In this document: piece after piece, positions 27,143 through 35,270 of the stretch
Layout: the number at the start of each line of letters is the position of its first letter
How positions within the stretch are numbered: position 1 is the stretch's first letter
Source of the DNA: Thermoanaerobaculia bacterium
GTDB lineage: Bacteria; Acidobacteriota; Thermoanaerobaculia; Multivoradales; Multivoraceae
Assembly (NCBI GenBank): GCA_963664405.1
Contig: OY761158.1
Coordinates: 1,632,001-1,696,000, forward strand
Length of the DNA: 64,000 bases
Direction of reading: 5' to 3'
Position numbers and translations under genes: made by a program
The notes under the pieces: generated by a model
Database searches by the model: none
What the model was told of the DNA's origin: nothing
What the model saw: the letters and a program-made list of their open reading frames with translations, nothing else

Positions 27143-28327
27143 ATGATTCCGCGTCGATTGACAGATCTTCTCGTAGAAAGGCTGCGAGACTTCCCAGCCG
27201 TCGGTCTCCTCGGCCCACGGCAGGTCGGTAAGACCACACTCGCTCGACTCTTGACTGTGGAACAGACCGCGAAGAAGACCGCGTATCTCGATCTCGAGAA
27301 TCCGGTCGATCTGGAAAAGCTGGAGGACACTGCAGGCTATCTCGAGTTTCGATCCGATCGACTCGTGATCTTCGATGAGGTACAGCGAATGCCCGGCCTC
27401 TTCGAGAGACTGCGGGGTGTTATCGACGAGCGAACGTTCGATGGCCAACCCGCCGGCCACTTTCTTCTGCTTGGATCAGCCTCGATCGACCTCTTGAGGC
27501 AATCATCGGAGAGTCTCGCGGGGCGGATTGCCTACCTCGAACTGGGGCCGCTCGACATCACCGAGATCGACTCGGACGACGAGGCTGACCTCTGGATCAG
27601 GGGAGGATTCCCCAGAAGTCTGCTGGCTGCATCCGACCGCGCCAGCGCCACCTGGCGGGAAAGCTTCATCACCACCTATCTGGAACGCGACATTCCCCAA
27701 CTCGGACCGCGGATACCCGCCGAGACACTGCGGCGATTCTGGACCATGCTCGCTCACCGCCAGGGAGCGCCACTCAACGCTGCCGAGCTTGCCCGTAGCC
27801 TGGCGGTGGACGGCAAGACCATAGCGCGGTATCTCGACCTCATGGTGGACCTTCTTCTCGTCCGCAAGCTACAACCTCTGCATGCCAACGTGGGCAAGCG
27901 GCTGGTAAGGTCTCCCAAGACCTATCTTCGCGATAGCGGCCTGGTACACACACTCCTCCGCCTGGACACGTTCGAGGAAGTCGTAGGGCATCCGATTGCC
28001 GGCGCGAGCTGGGAGGGACACGTAATAGAGAACCTGCTCCGCGTTGCGCCTTCGCGCACCGAGGCGAGCTTCTACCGCACATCGGCGGGAGCAGAGGTCG
28101 ACCTCGTGCTCGACCTTCCGGGTTCTCGACGCTGGGCGGTCGAGGTGAAGCGCGGCCGGGCACCCAGCGTCTCGCGCGGCTTCCACAACGCCCTCGAGGA
28201 CCTCCAGCCGGATAGAGCCTTCGTCGTCCATTCAGGTGCCGATCGTTACCCCAAAGGCGAGAACATCGAGGCCATTGGCCTAGGCGACATGGCGAAAGAG
28301 ATCGTCGCCACCTTCGAGAGCCGATAG
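27143..28327 (+). CDS. AAA+ ATPase (AAA_14) with DUF4143 domain
   Basis: GPRQVGKTT Walker A, IFDEVQR Walker B, LLGSAS, ESLAGR, RGGFP, SPKTYLRDSG, EVD...AVEVK. Confidence 0.92.
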   Translation: MIPRRLTDLLVERLRDFPAVGLLGPRQVGKTTLARLLTVEQTAKKTAYLDLENPVDLEKLEDTAGYLEFRSDRLVIFDEVQRMPGLFERLRGVIDERTFDGQPAGHFLLLGSASIDLLRQSSESLAGRIAYLELGPLDITEIDSDDEADLWIRGGFPRSLLAASDRASATWRESFITTYLERDIPQLGPRIPAETLRRFWTMLAHRQGAPLNAAELARSLAVDGKTIARYLDLMVDLLLVRKLQPLHANVGKRLVRSPKTYLRDSGLVHTLLRLDTFEEVVGHPIAGASWEGHVIENLLRVAPSRTEASFYRTSAGAEVDLVLDLPGSRRWAVEVKRGRAPSVSRGFHNALEDLQPDRAFVVHSGADRYPKGENIEAIGLGDMAKEIVATFESR

Positions 28328-28408
28328 GACTCGCCGAGGACAGCGAAGCGTGCGACCCCGACCGCGCGACTCGGCGCACCATCGACCATCATCTTCGAAT
28401 CTACTCAA

Positions 28409-28439
28409 TGAAAAATGGGAATGACATTCCCGATTTTCA
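28409..28439. promoter_or_regulatory. Inverted-repeat operator candidate upstream of AAA/DUF4143 gene 2
   Basis: TGAAAAATGGGAATG-A-CATTCCCGATTTTCA imperfect palindrome 15 bp before the ATG. Confidence 0.5.
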
Positions 28440-28454
28440 GCTATAGTCTCACCC

Positions 28455-29603
28455 ATGATCCGGCGGACCCTTCACAAGCGGTCTATTGAGGAGCGCCTCC
28501 GACGAAGTCCAGTGGTGGGCCTCCTCGGCGCTCGCCAAGTCGGGAAAACGACGCTCGCACGGGAGATCCTCGGTGGCCGCAAGAAGGTGCATTGGTTCGA
28601 CCTCGAGCTCCCAGCCGACCGGGCTCTCCTCGCGGACGCTCAACTGGCATTGCAGGATCTCAGAGGCCTGGTAGTTCTCGACGAGATTCAGCACCGGCCG
28701 GAGATATTTCCGTTGCTGCGAAGCCTGGTCGATCGCCGGCCTCTGCCCGCTCGCTTCCTACTCCTTGGTAGCGCTTCACCATCGCTTCTCCGACAATCCT
28801 CGGAGAGCCTAGCCGGAAGGATCTCGTACTACACGCTTCCGGGGTTGGCCGTCGAGGAGGTAGGAGTCAGCGAGCTGGACAGACTTTGGCTGCGTGGCGG
28901 CTTCCCTCGCTCCTTTCTCGCAAATAGCCACCTGGCCAGCAACCAATGGCGTCGAGACTTCATCAGAACTTTCGTCGAGAGGGACCTGGCGCAGCTTGGA
29001 ATCGAGATTCGGTCGAGCGTCGCTCATCGATTCTGGGCGATGCTAGCCCACTACCACGCACAGACCTGGAACGGTTCAGAGCTGGCACGGGCTTTCGGAG
29101 TGACCCACAAGACGACTCGACGTTACCTCGATGCCCTGACGGCGGCGCTGGTCATCACTCAGCTCAGGCCCTGGTTCGCCAACATCGGAAAGCGTCAGGT
29201 CAAGGCCCCGAAGGTCTACATAACGGACTCTGGACTCTTACACAGTCTGCTCGACATCAATGACCGGCGAGGGCTCGAGCGGCATCCGAAGGTGGGCGCC
29301 TCCTGGGAGGGATTCCTTCTCAAGGAGACGATTCAAGCTCTGCGAGCCGAGGATGAAGAATGCTACTTCTGGGCTACGCACACCGGAGCAGAGCTCGACC
29401 TCCTCTGGGTGCGGGGCCGGAAACGCTGGGGTTTCGAGTTCAAACGAACTGTTACTCCGCGCCTGACCCGGTCGATGCATGCCGCGATGGAGTCACTCGA
29501 TTTGCAGCGTCTCTTTGTCGTCCATGCCGGCTCGGAAACCTTTCCCATGCACAAGAAGGTCACAGCGATCGCAGCATCGAGGCTACTAGACGACCTGCCA
29601 TAG
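28455..29603 (+). CDS. AAA+ ATPase (AAA_14) with DUF4143 domain
   Basis: GARQVGKTT, VLDEIQH, ESLAGR, RGGFP, APKVYITDSG, ELD...GFEFK. Confidence 0.92.
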   Translation: MIRRTLHKRSIEERLRRSPVVGLLGARQVGKTTLAREILGGRKKVHWFDLELPADRALLADAQLALQDLRGLVVLDEIQHRPEIFPLLRSLVDRRPLPARFLLLGSASPSLLRQSSESLAGRISYYTLPGLAVEEVGVSELDRLWLRGGFPRSFLANSHLASNQWRRDFIRTFVERDLAQLGIEIRSSVAHRFWAMLAHYHAQTWNGSELARAFGVTHKTTRRYLDALTAALVITQLRPWFANIGKRQVKAPKVYITDSGLLHSLLDINDRRGLERHPKVGASWEGFLLKETIQALRAEDEECYFWATHTGAELDLLWVRGRKRWGFEFKRTVTPRLTRSMHAAMESLDLQRLFVVHAGSETFPMHKKVTAIAASRLLDDLP

Positions 29604-29644
29604 TTTCGTAGGACAGGCCGTCTTTGTCGATCCGACGGAAGCGC

Positions 29645-30648
29645 TCAATTAACACCGGCCGCGTTCATCTCTAAAGCCCCAGTGGCCGTACCGGGCATCT
29701 CCCCTCTCACTCTCTCGCGGTCGAGCCTGAGGCCTGTCGATCTGGAGAACCAATCCCGGGTAAGGCTCCGAGGGATGTCGTCACCGGTTCGCCGCATCCA
29801 GTCCGCCAGCACCTTCTTCAATTCCTGATGCACGCTTTCGAAGGCTTCATTCCCGATCAGGTTCGCCAGCTGAAGGCTGTCCTTCCGACAATCGAACAGC
29901 TCCTCGGCGGGACGCGGCGCCAAGAATGTGTCCGCCTGGGCGGCTGAAAGGGACCCTGCTTCGCGTCGCTCGACCAGCGCCCGGTGGGAGTCGCTCCTGA
30001 CCGAATCAGCCGGCCCCTGATTGGCGAATTGCGGCCGACCGTTGAGCACATACATGTGCTCCCTGGTTCTCACCATGCGTTCGTAGGCTTCGTGATCATG
30101 CCAGTTGTGCTCGGCCAAGACGTACTGCCTGATCGACTCATCAGGGCTATTCAGGATTAGCCTGAAGCTCGACCCCTGAAAGGTGCGCGGCTTCTCGACG
30201 CCGGCGATGTCGAGGATGGTGGGAGCGATGTCGATCGGAGATCGAAACCACTGCGGAGGATGTCTCCCATGTGCCACTTGCCGGCGTGCCCGGAGTAGTA
30301 GCCGGCCGCCTTCAATTGATTGGCAATGCTCGGGAAGTCGACGGCAGGCTCGGTGTGGAGCTCCGCGGCGCCGGTATTGTGGGGATAGCGTCCGGTCAGG
30401 ATGCTGATCCGGCTCGGGCTGCACGAGCTGGTGGTCAGGAAAGCGTTGGTGAACTTCACCCCTTCCGTGGCGATCCTGTCGATATTCGGCGTTTGAACGA
30501 TCTCGTTGCCGTAGGCGCCGATGTCGTTCCAACCGATGTCATCGGCGATGAAGACGATGAAATTGGGTCGTTCCGGCCTTGCCTGCTCAGCAGATGCAAT
30601 CAGAGTCATGACCAGAAGAAAACGAGAGAATCGCTGACTGCGTCTCAC
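29645..30648 (-). pseudogene. Sulfatase (N-sulfoglucosamine-sulfohydrolase-like) with internal deletion and frameshift
   Basis: One frame has ADDIG, CSPSR and AGKWHMG; after about 30240 another frame gives IDIAPTILD...EELFD; the central PH/SDNG segment is missing. Confidence 0.8.
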
Positions 30649-31232
30649 GGTTGGTCTCCCGCCGTTATCGCTGCCAGAAAGTGCGCCGGCGAGCTGACGG
30701 TGACCTCGGACATCTTGAAGTCCTTCACATTTCTCGTCAGGATGATGTCGGCAGCCACCGCTTTGCCTGCACTCGCGACGACAGCATCCTCGAAGTCACG
30801 GATTCTCGACGACGTGGCGTCCTCGAGCACACTGCGATTGACCGGTGCGACTTCGAGGATCGAGAGCAAGACACTGACATGCTTTCGAGCTTCTCGTCTG
30901 CCAGCCGCCTTCGTACCTAGACCAGCGTTTCCGAAGTTCGAGTCGCCTAGCTCGAGGTCATTCTGTTCGCTGGCAAGGCGCGCCGACGCAGGCATATTGG
31001 GAATCTGTCGAGGAGGCGCAACGCCGCCAGCGGGCAGAAGGGACCGAGATAGGTGTCGCGAACTTTGGAAACGCTGGCCTAGGTAGAAGATCGTGGTGAC
31101 GGAGGTGGCGCAGACGTAGCCCCGCAGCGAGCCCTCTTCCGCCATGGAAAGCACCTGCGAGGACGAGGCTGAGAAAGGCTCGCGATCCAGGAGAACGTCG
31201 AGCAGAACATCGGTATCGAAAAGTACGTTCAC
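30645..31232 (-). CDS. vapC: PIN-domain toxin carrying a 54-aa in-frame MITE insertion
   Basis: VLFDTDVLLDVLLDREP, DFEDA, ILTRNVKDF; removing the 162-bp element restores TTIFYLGTKAAG and about 141 aa. Confidence 0.85.
   Translation of the reverse strand: MNVLFDTDVLLDVLLDREPFSASSSQVLSMAEEGSLRGYVCATSVTTIFYLGQRFQSSRHLSRSLLPAGGVAPPRQIPNMPASARLASEQNDLELGDSNFGNAGLGTKAAGRREARKHVSVLLSILEVAPVNRSVLEDATSSRIRDFEDAVVASAGKAVAADIILTRNVKDFKMSEVTVSSPAHFLAAITAGDQP
30917..31082. mobile_element. Palindromic MITE family 1, copy B (162 bp between duplicated TA in CTAG)
   Basis: CTAGACCAGCGTTTCCGAAGTTCG ... CGAACTTTGGAAACGCTGGCCTAG; colinear with 9948..10113. Confidence 0.9.
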
Positions 31233-31465
31233 CCGTACTTCTTCTCCAAGTGACCTCGGTAGTCATCTCGGTTTACTTCAGTGCCACGGAGCACCCCCTT
31301 GAGGCGGGATACACGCGGGGAGAGAGCACGCTTTCGGGGCTCGCCATCGAGAAGCTCGAAATACTCCGCAACCACCTGCGAAAGCGACTTGCCGGCCCGC
31401 TTCGCGTGGCCCTTGGCCGCCTCTATCAGCTCCTCGTCCATCCTGAGAGTCAGCTTGGTCTGCAT
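31229..31465 (-). CDS. DUF6364-like ribbon-helix-helix antitoxin
   Basis: MQTKLTLRMDEELIEAAK..GKSLSQVV; overlaps the PIN start by 4 bp. Confidence 0.82.
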   Translation of the reverse strand: MQTKLTLRMDEELIEAAKGHAKRAGKSLSQVVAEYFELLDGEPRKRALSPRVSRLKGVLRGTEVNRDDYRGHLEKKYG

Positions 31466-31466
31466 A

Positions 31467-31497
31467 TGACGTACATCCTTGCCACAAGTATACGTCA
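31467..31497. promoter_or_regulatory. TA operator palindrome
   Basis: TGACGTA-N17-TACGTCA directly upstream of the antitoxin start. Confidence 0.55.
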
Positions 31498-31584
31498 GGT
31501 ATGAGCCGAGTCGCTACGCGGAACCGCAGATGCAGACCATGTGCTCCGTGACACCGCTCGACAAGGGCTCCGGCTCCCCGAGAA

Positions 31585-33081
31585 TCAGGCCGCGGCAATA
31601 TCCGGCTTGAAGATGTCCACGGGAACGTCGTTCGCCTGCCGAACACCAGGGGTGCTTCGCCCTTCGCGCACGTACTTTTCGAGAAGAGCCACCAGTTCTC
31701 GCACCACCTCGGGCCGGCGCGCGGTGAGGTTCTCGGTCTCACCGATATCGACACTCAAGTCGTAGAGCTGCATCGCCGGGCGATCGGCCGGCTGGTTGGT
31801 GAAACCACCGGAGTCGGCACAGAGCGACAGCTTCCAGTTGTCTTTTCTGATCGAAAAGTAACCCTTGCTGGAGTGGTGGACAACCGCCTCACGAAGAGGC
31901 TCCTCCGCGGTTCCGAGAAGCGCCGGCAAGATGCTGACGCTGTCTTCGGCCGCCCCGCTCGGGAGCTCGGCACCGGCGATCTCCGCACAGGTCGCGAGGA
32001 GATCGGTCAGGCACCCCAGCTGGGCAGCTCGAGATCCCGCTTTGACCTTCCCCGGCCACCGCACGATGAACGGGATCCGATGCCCACCGTCCCAGATGTC
32101 GCCCTTGTAACCACGAAATTGGGCGCTGGGGAAATGGCCCTTGGCCTCCATTTCGGCGGCGCCGATGTAGTGCGCACAGCCATTGTCACTGGTGAAGATG
32201 ACCAGGGTGTCGTCAGTGAGTCCTTGCTCCTCCAGAGCTTGGAGCACCTCTCCCACCGCGGCATCGGTCTGCATGACGAAATCGGCGTATTCGTGACCGA
32301 GACTGCTCTTGCCCTTCCACTCCTCCGTCGGGGCGATCGGCGTATGAGGGGAATTGAACGGAAGATAGAGAAAGAAAGGTTGCCCCTGCTTGGCGAGCGG
32401 TCCTCGTTCATTGACATAGCCGACGGCCTTCTCGGTTATGGCAGGAAGCATCTCGACCGCATCGATATCGGCGATCACCCGGCCGTTCTCCATCAGCGCC
32501 CGCATCGAGCGAGCGTGCTCGAAGCCGAAGAAATAGTCGAAGCCTCGGGTGAGCGGCCCCTCGGTTATCGCGGTCCCGACCGGGAAGGGTCCGTTCTCCT
32601 CCAGAGTCTCGGTCGGATGGGTGAGGTGCATCCCCAGATGCCACTTGCCAACGATCCCGGTGTGGTAGCCCTGACTTTGTAGAAGAGATCCGACCGTCAG
32701 TCGGCCCTCGGCGATCAGAGGATCCGCGTCCGCGGTGTCGACAACCCCCTCCTGCAACCGCGTTCGCCAGGCGTATCGACCGGTCAAGACGCCGTAGCGG
32801 GTGGGAGAGCACACCGCCGACCCTGAATGGGTGTCGGTGAAGACCATGCCCTGACGAGCCAGACTGTCGATATGGGGCGTCGGGATCTTTCCTCTCTCGG
32901 GGTTGAGAACGCTGACGTCACCGTAGCCGAGATCGTCGCAGATGATGTAGACGATGTTTGGAAGCTTGCCTTCTCCGGCTGCCGTCGCCGTGCTGGGGGC
33001 GAGCGCGCCGACTCTCAGCCTTCCACTGAAGACAGAGAGGCTGCCAATCGCCGACATCAACAAGAAATCTCGTCTATCCAT
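31585..33081 (-). CDS. Arylsulfatase A-like sulfatase, Tat-exported
   Basis: DRRDFL, DDLGYGD, CSPTRYGVLTGRY, GKWHLG, TSDNG, GGHRIP. Confidence 0.92.
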   Translation of the reverse strand: MDRRDFLLMSAIGSLSVFSGRLRVGALAPSTATAAGEGKLPNIVYIICDDLGYGDVSVLNPERGKIPTPHIDSLARQGMVFTDTHSGSAVCSPTRYGVLTGRYAWRTRLQEGVVDTADADPLIAEGRLTVGSLLQSQGYHTGIVGKWHLGMHLTHPTETLEENGPFPVGTAITEGPLTRGFDYFFGFEHARSMRALMENGRVIADIDAVEMLPAITEKAVGYVNERGPLAKQGQPFFLYLPFNSPHTPIAPTEEWKGKSSLGHEYADFVMQTDAAVGEVLQALEEQGLTDDTLVIFTSDNGCAHYIGAAEMEAKGHFPSAQFRGYKGDIWDGGHRIPFIVRWPGKVKAGSRAAQLGCLTDLLATCAEIAGAELPSGAAEDSVSILPALLGTAEEPLREAVVHHSSKGYFSIRKDNWKLSLCADSGGFTNQPADRPAMQLYDLSVDIGETENLTARRPEVVRELVALLEKYVREGRSTPGVRQANDVPVDIFKPDIAAA

Positions 33082-33335
33082 CGTCGTGCTCCTCTTGACC
33101 GCCGCGACTGTCGAACCCGCAGACTACACCAGCTGATCTCGAGGCCTGGCAGGCCCGCGTTTTACTCGGCGGCCCGCGTGTGTCGGCTACTCACAACAGG
33201 CGCCACCATGGAACGGCCAGAATCCGAGGCGACATCCACTGCATTTCGCGAATCCCGGCAAGTACTGCGAATCGACCATGAGGTGGGCGAATATCGCCCA
33301 CTGGTGATCTGGTGTTTTGATGCTAATATGCATTC

Positions 33336-33572
33336 ATGTCGCGCTTGACCATCACGTTGCCGGACGAGCTTCATCGCGCCCTCAAAGAAGCGGCGGCTAG
33401 CCGCCGTCGCACGATCGGCGAGTTGGTCGCGGAGAGCCTCGAACGCTACGGGATCAAGTCAGCCGAATCTGGGCGAGAGCTGGTGGCCCGAGCCCGGTCC
33501 CATAGCCGCCTGGAAGAGAAAGAAGCGCTCGGGATCGCGATCTCCGAGACGCGGCTCAGCCGCTCCCCGTGA
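33336..33572 (+). CDS. CopG/RHH antitoxin
   Basis: MSRLTITLPDELHRALKEAAA; GTGA overlap with the PIN gene. Confidence 0.8.
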   Translation: MSRLTITLPDELHRALKEAAASRRRTIGELVAESLERYGIKSAESGRELVARARSHSRLEEKEALGIAISETRLSRSP

Positions 33573-33994
33573 GGCCACCCTGGGCAGTGGTCGATACCAA
33601 CGTCGTCATTTCCGGCCTGCTCACCGGCGCTCGGGCCTCCCCGACTCCACGCATTCTCGACGCGATGCTGGCCGGAACCCTGAGTTTTCTCCTATCGGTG
33701 CCCCTGCTCTCGGAGTACGGGACAGTGATGCTACGACCTCGCGTCGCAGCTCTCCACGGTCTCGACGAAAGAGCGATCGATCACATTCTGGAGGCCCTCG
33801 CTCGAAATGGCGCTCTCCGCCAGCCGCTCTCGATTCCTCCAGTGCCGGGTGACGCCGGCGACCAGCACCTCTGGGAGCTTCTCGCTCGCGAGCCTGGCGC
33901 CGTGCTGGTGACTGGCGATCAGGGTCTCCTGTCTTCTCCCCCACACTGGGCATCGGTCTCGACACCGGCAGCCTGGATCGAGAGGTCGCCGTGA
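33569..33994 (+). CDS. PIN-family putative toxin
   Basis: VVDTNVVISGLL, DAGDQHL, LVTGD. Confidence 0.85.
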   Translation: MRPPWAVVDTNVVISGLLTGARASPTPRILDAMLAGTLSFLLSVPLLSEYGTVMLRPRVAALHGLDERAIDHILEALARNGALRQPLSIPPVPGDAGDQHLWELLAREPGAVLVTGDQGLLSSPPHWASVSTPAAWIERSP

Positions 33995-34059
33995 GCCGAG
34001 ACCCCGCTCATCTGGAGCTCGACATTGATCGGGTCATCTATATGATCTAGTATAAAACC

Positions 34060-34308
34060 ATGATTCGGATCAACATCGCCGAGGCGAAAACCCACCTGTC
34101 GCACTATCTCGAGAGTGTCGAGAAGGGCGAGGTCGTTGTGCTTTGTCGGCGCAACATCCCAATCGCCGAGATCCGACCGATCCCACAGCCACCCTCGCAG
34201 CCCAGGCCGGTTGGAATCGACCGCGGAATGACCCTTCCTCCCAGCTTCTTTGAGCCTCTACCCACGGATCTACTGGATGCGTTCGAGGGCGGTGAGGCGT
34301 CCGAGTGA
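34060..34308 (+). CDS. Phd/YefM family antitoxin
   Basis: INIAEAKTHLSHYLESVEKGEVVVLCRRNIPIAEI. Confidence 0.88.
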   Translation: MIRINIAEAKTHLSHYLESVEKGEVVVLCRRNIPIAEIRPIPQPPSQPRPVGIDRGMTLPPSFFEPLPTDLLDAFEGGEASE

Positions 34309-34691
34309 AGCTCCTGGTAGATACCTGTACCTTCCTCTGGCTCGCCATGGACGATCCGCAACTGTCGGAGGCGGCGCGAGCTGCCTGCCGAGATACAGGC
34401 AACGAAGCGTACCTGAGCGCACTATCCGCCTGGGAGATCGCGATCAAGAACCGCTTGGGTCGGCTGCCCCTGCCGGAAGCGCCTCCTCACTACGTCGCCA
34501 GCCGACGCGAGTGGCTCCAGCTCGAGCCCCTCGCCTTCGACGAAAGCTGCGCCGCGCACGACGCGCTCCTGCCTTCTCTCCACCGCGACCCGTTCGACCG
34601 AGGCTTGGTCTCGCAGGCCATCTTGAATGGCATGACGATCGTCACGCCGGATCCGGCGATCGCTCGTTACCCGGCGCCGACCCTCTGGTGA
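34305..34691 (+). CDS. vapC: VapC PIN toxin
   Basis: LLVDTCTFLW, SAWEIAIK, HRDPFDR, VTPD. Confidence 0.9.
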   Translation: MKLLVDTCTFLWLAMDDPQLSEAARAACRDTGNEAYLSALSAWEIAIKNRLGRLPLPEAPPHYVASRREWLQLEPLAFDESCAAHDALLPSLHRDPFDRGLVSQAILNGMTIVTPDPAIARYPAPTLW

Positions 34692-35118
34692 CGCTGGCTT
34701 CTTCCTCCTCGGCCGAAGACAGAGTCGCCAACCTCCGCTGCGCCTCCCGTAGATCGTCCTCCAACCAGTCGCAAGAAGGTCAGCGTCGATCGTAGGCGCC
34801 AAGAGACGCCTTCTTGGATCCGTAGTGGTTATAGAGGGTGACGACGTCGCCTCTAGCCGATTGCACATCGCAATGTGCCTGACAGCGCGGATGTCGCAAA
34901 CCCCAGTTGAAATCGTTCACGGTCTGTGTATAATCGTACCCTCACTATCAGAGCGCCTATTTGCTCGGCCAGGTTGGAGTTATTCCTTCGGGATGAAGTC
35001 CCACGCCGCTGAGAGATCGAATTTTTCGAATCCGAATTCCACCCCACACTCCTGAGCTACGACTCGCTACAATTTCTTGAACCCGACATTCAATTTTCCG
35101 TTTCGCAGCGTAAGAAAA

Positions 35119-35165
35119 ACCCTGTATATAGTATGTCTAGGTTTCATGGACACAACATATAGTCT
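35119..35165. promoter_or_regulatory. Tandem NrdR-box-like sites upstream of TBDR3
   Basis: ACCCTGTATATAGTAT (35119) and ACACAACATATAGTCT (35150); 31-bp spacing; NrdR consensus acaCwAtATaTwGtgt. Confidence 0.7.
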
Positions 35166-35270
35166 GGCACGGTTTTCGCAGGGTGTCTGAACGTAAGCAG
35201 CAATAGGCCGAGTCCGGCCTTCCGGCAACTTGATCCGAACCGGGAACAATGATTCTGGAGGACAGCTATC

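Noticed and set aside
34760-34850. Minus-strand VTLYNHYGSKK resembling a TetR HTH remnant
   Set aside because: Too short to support by eye; may be another fragment
35121-35140. LexA SOS box (CTGTATATA...)
   Set aside because: Lacks the closing CAG of CTG-N10-CAG; the tandem NrdR pattern fits better
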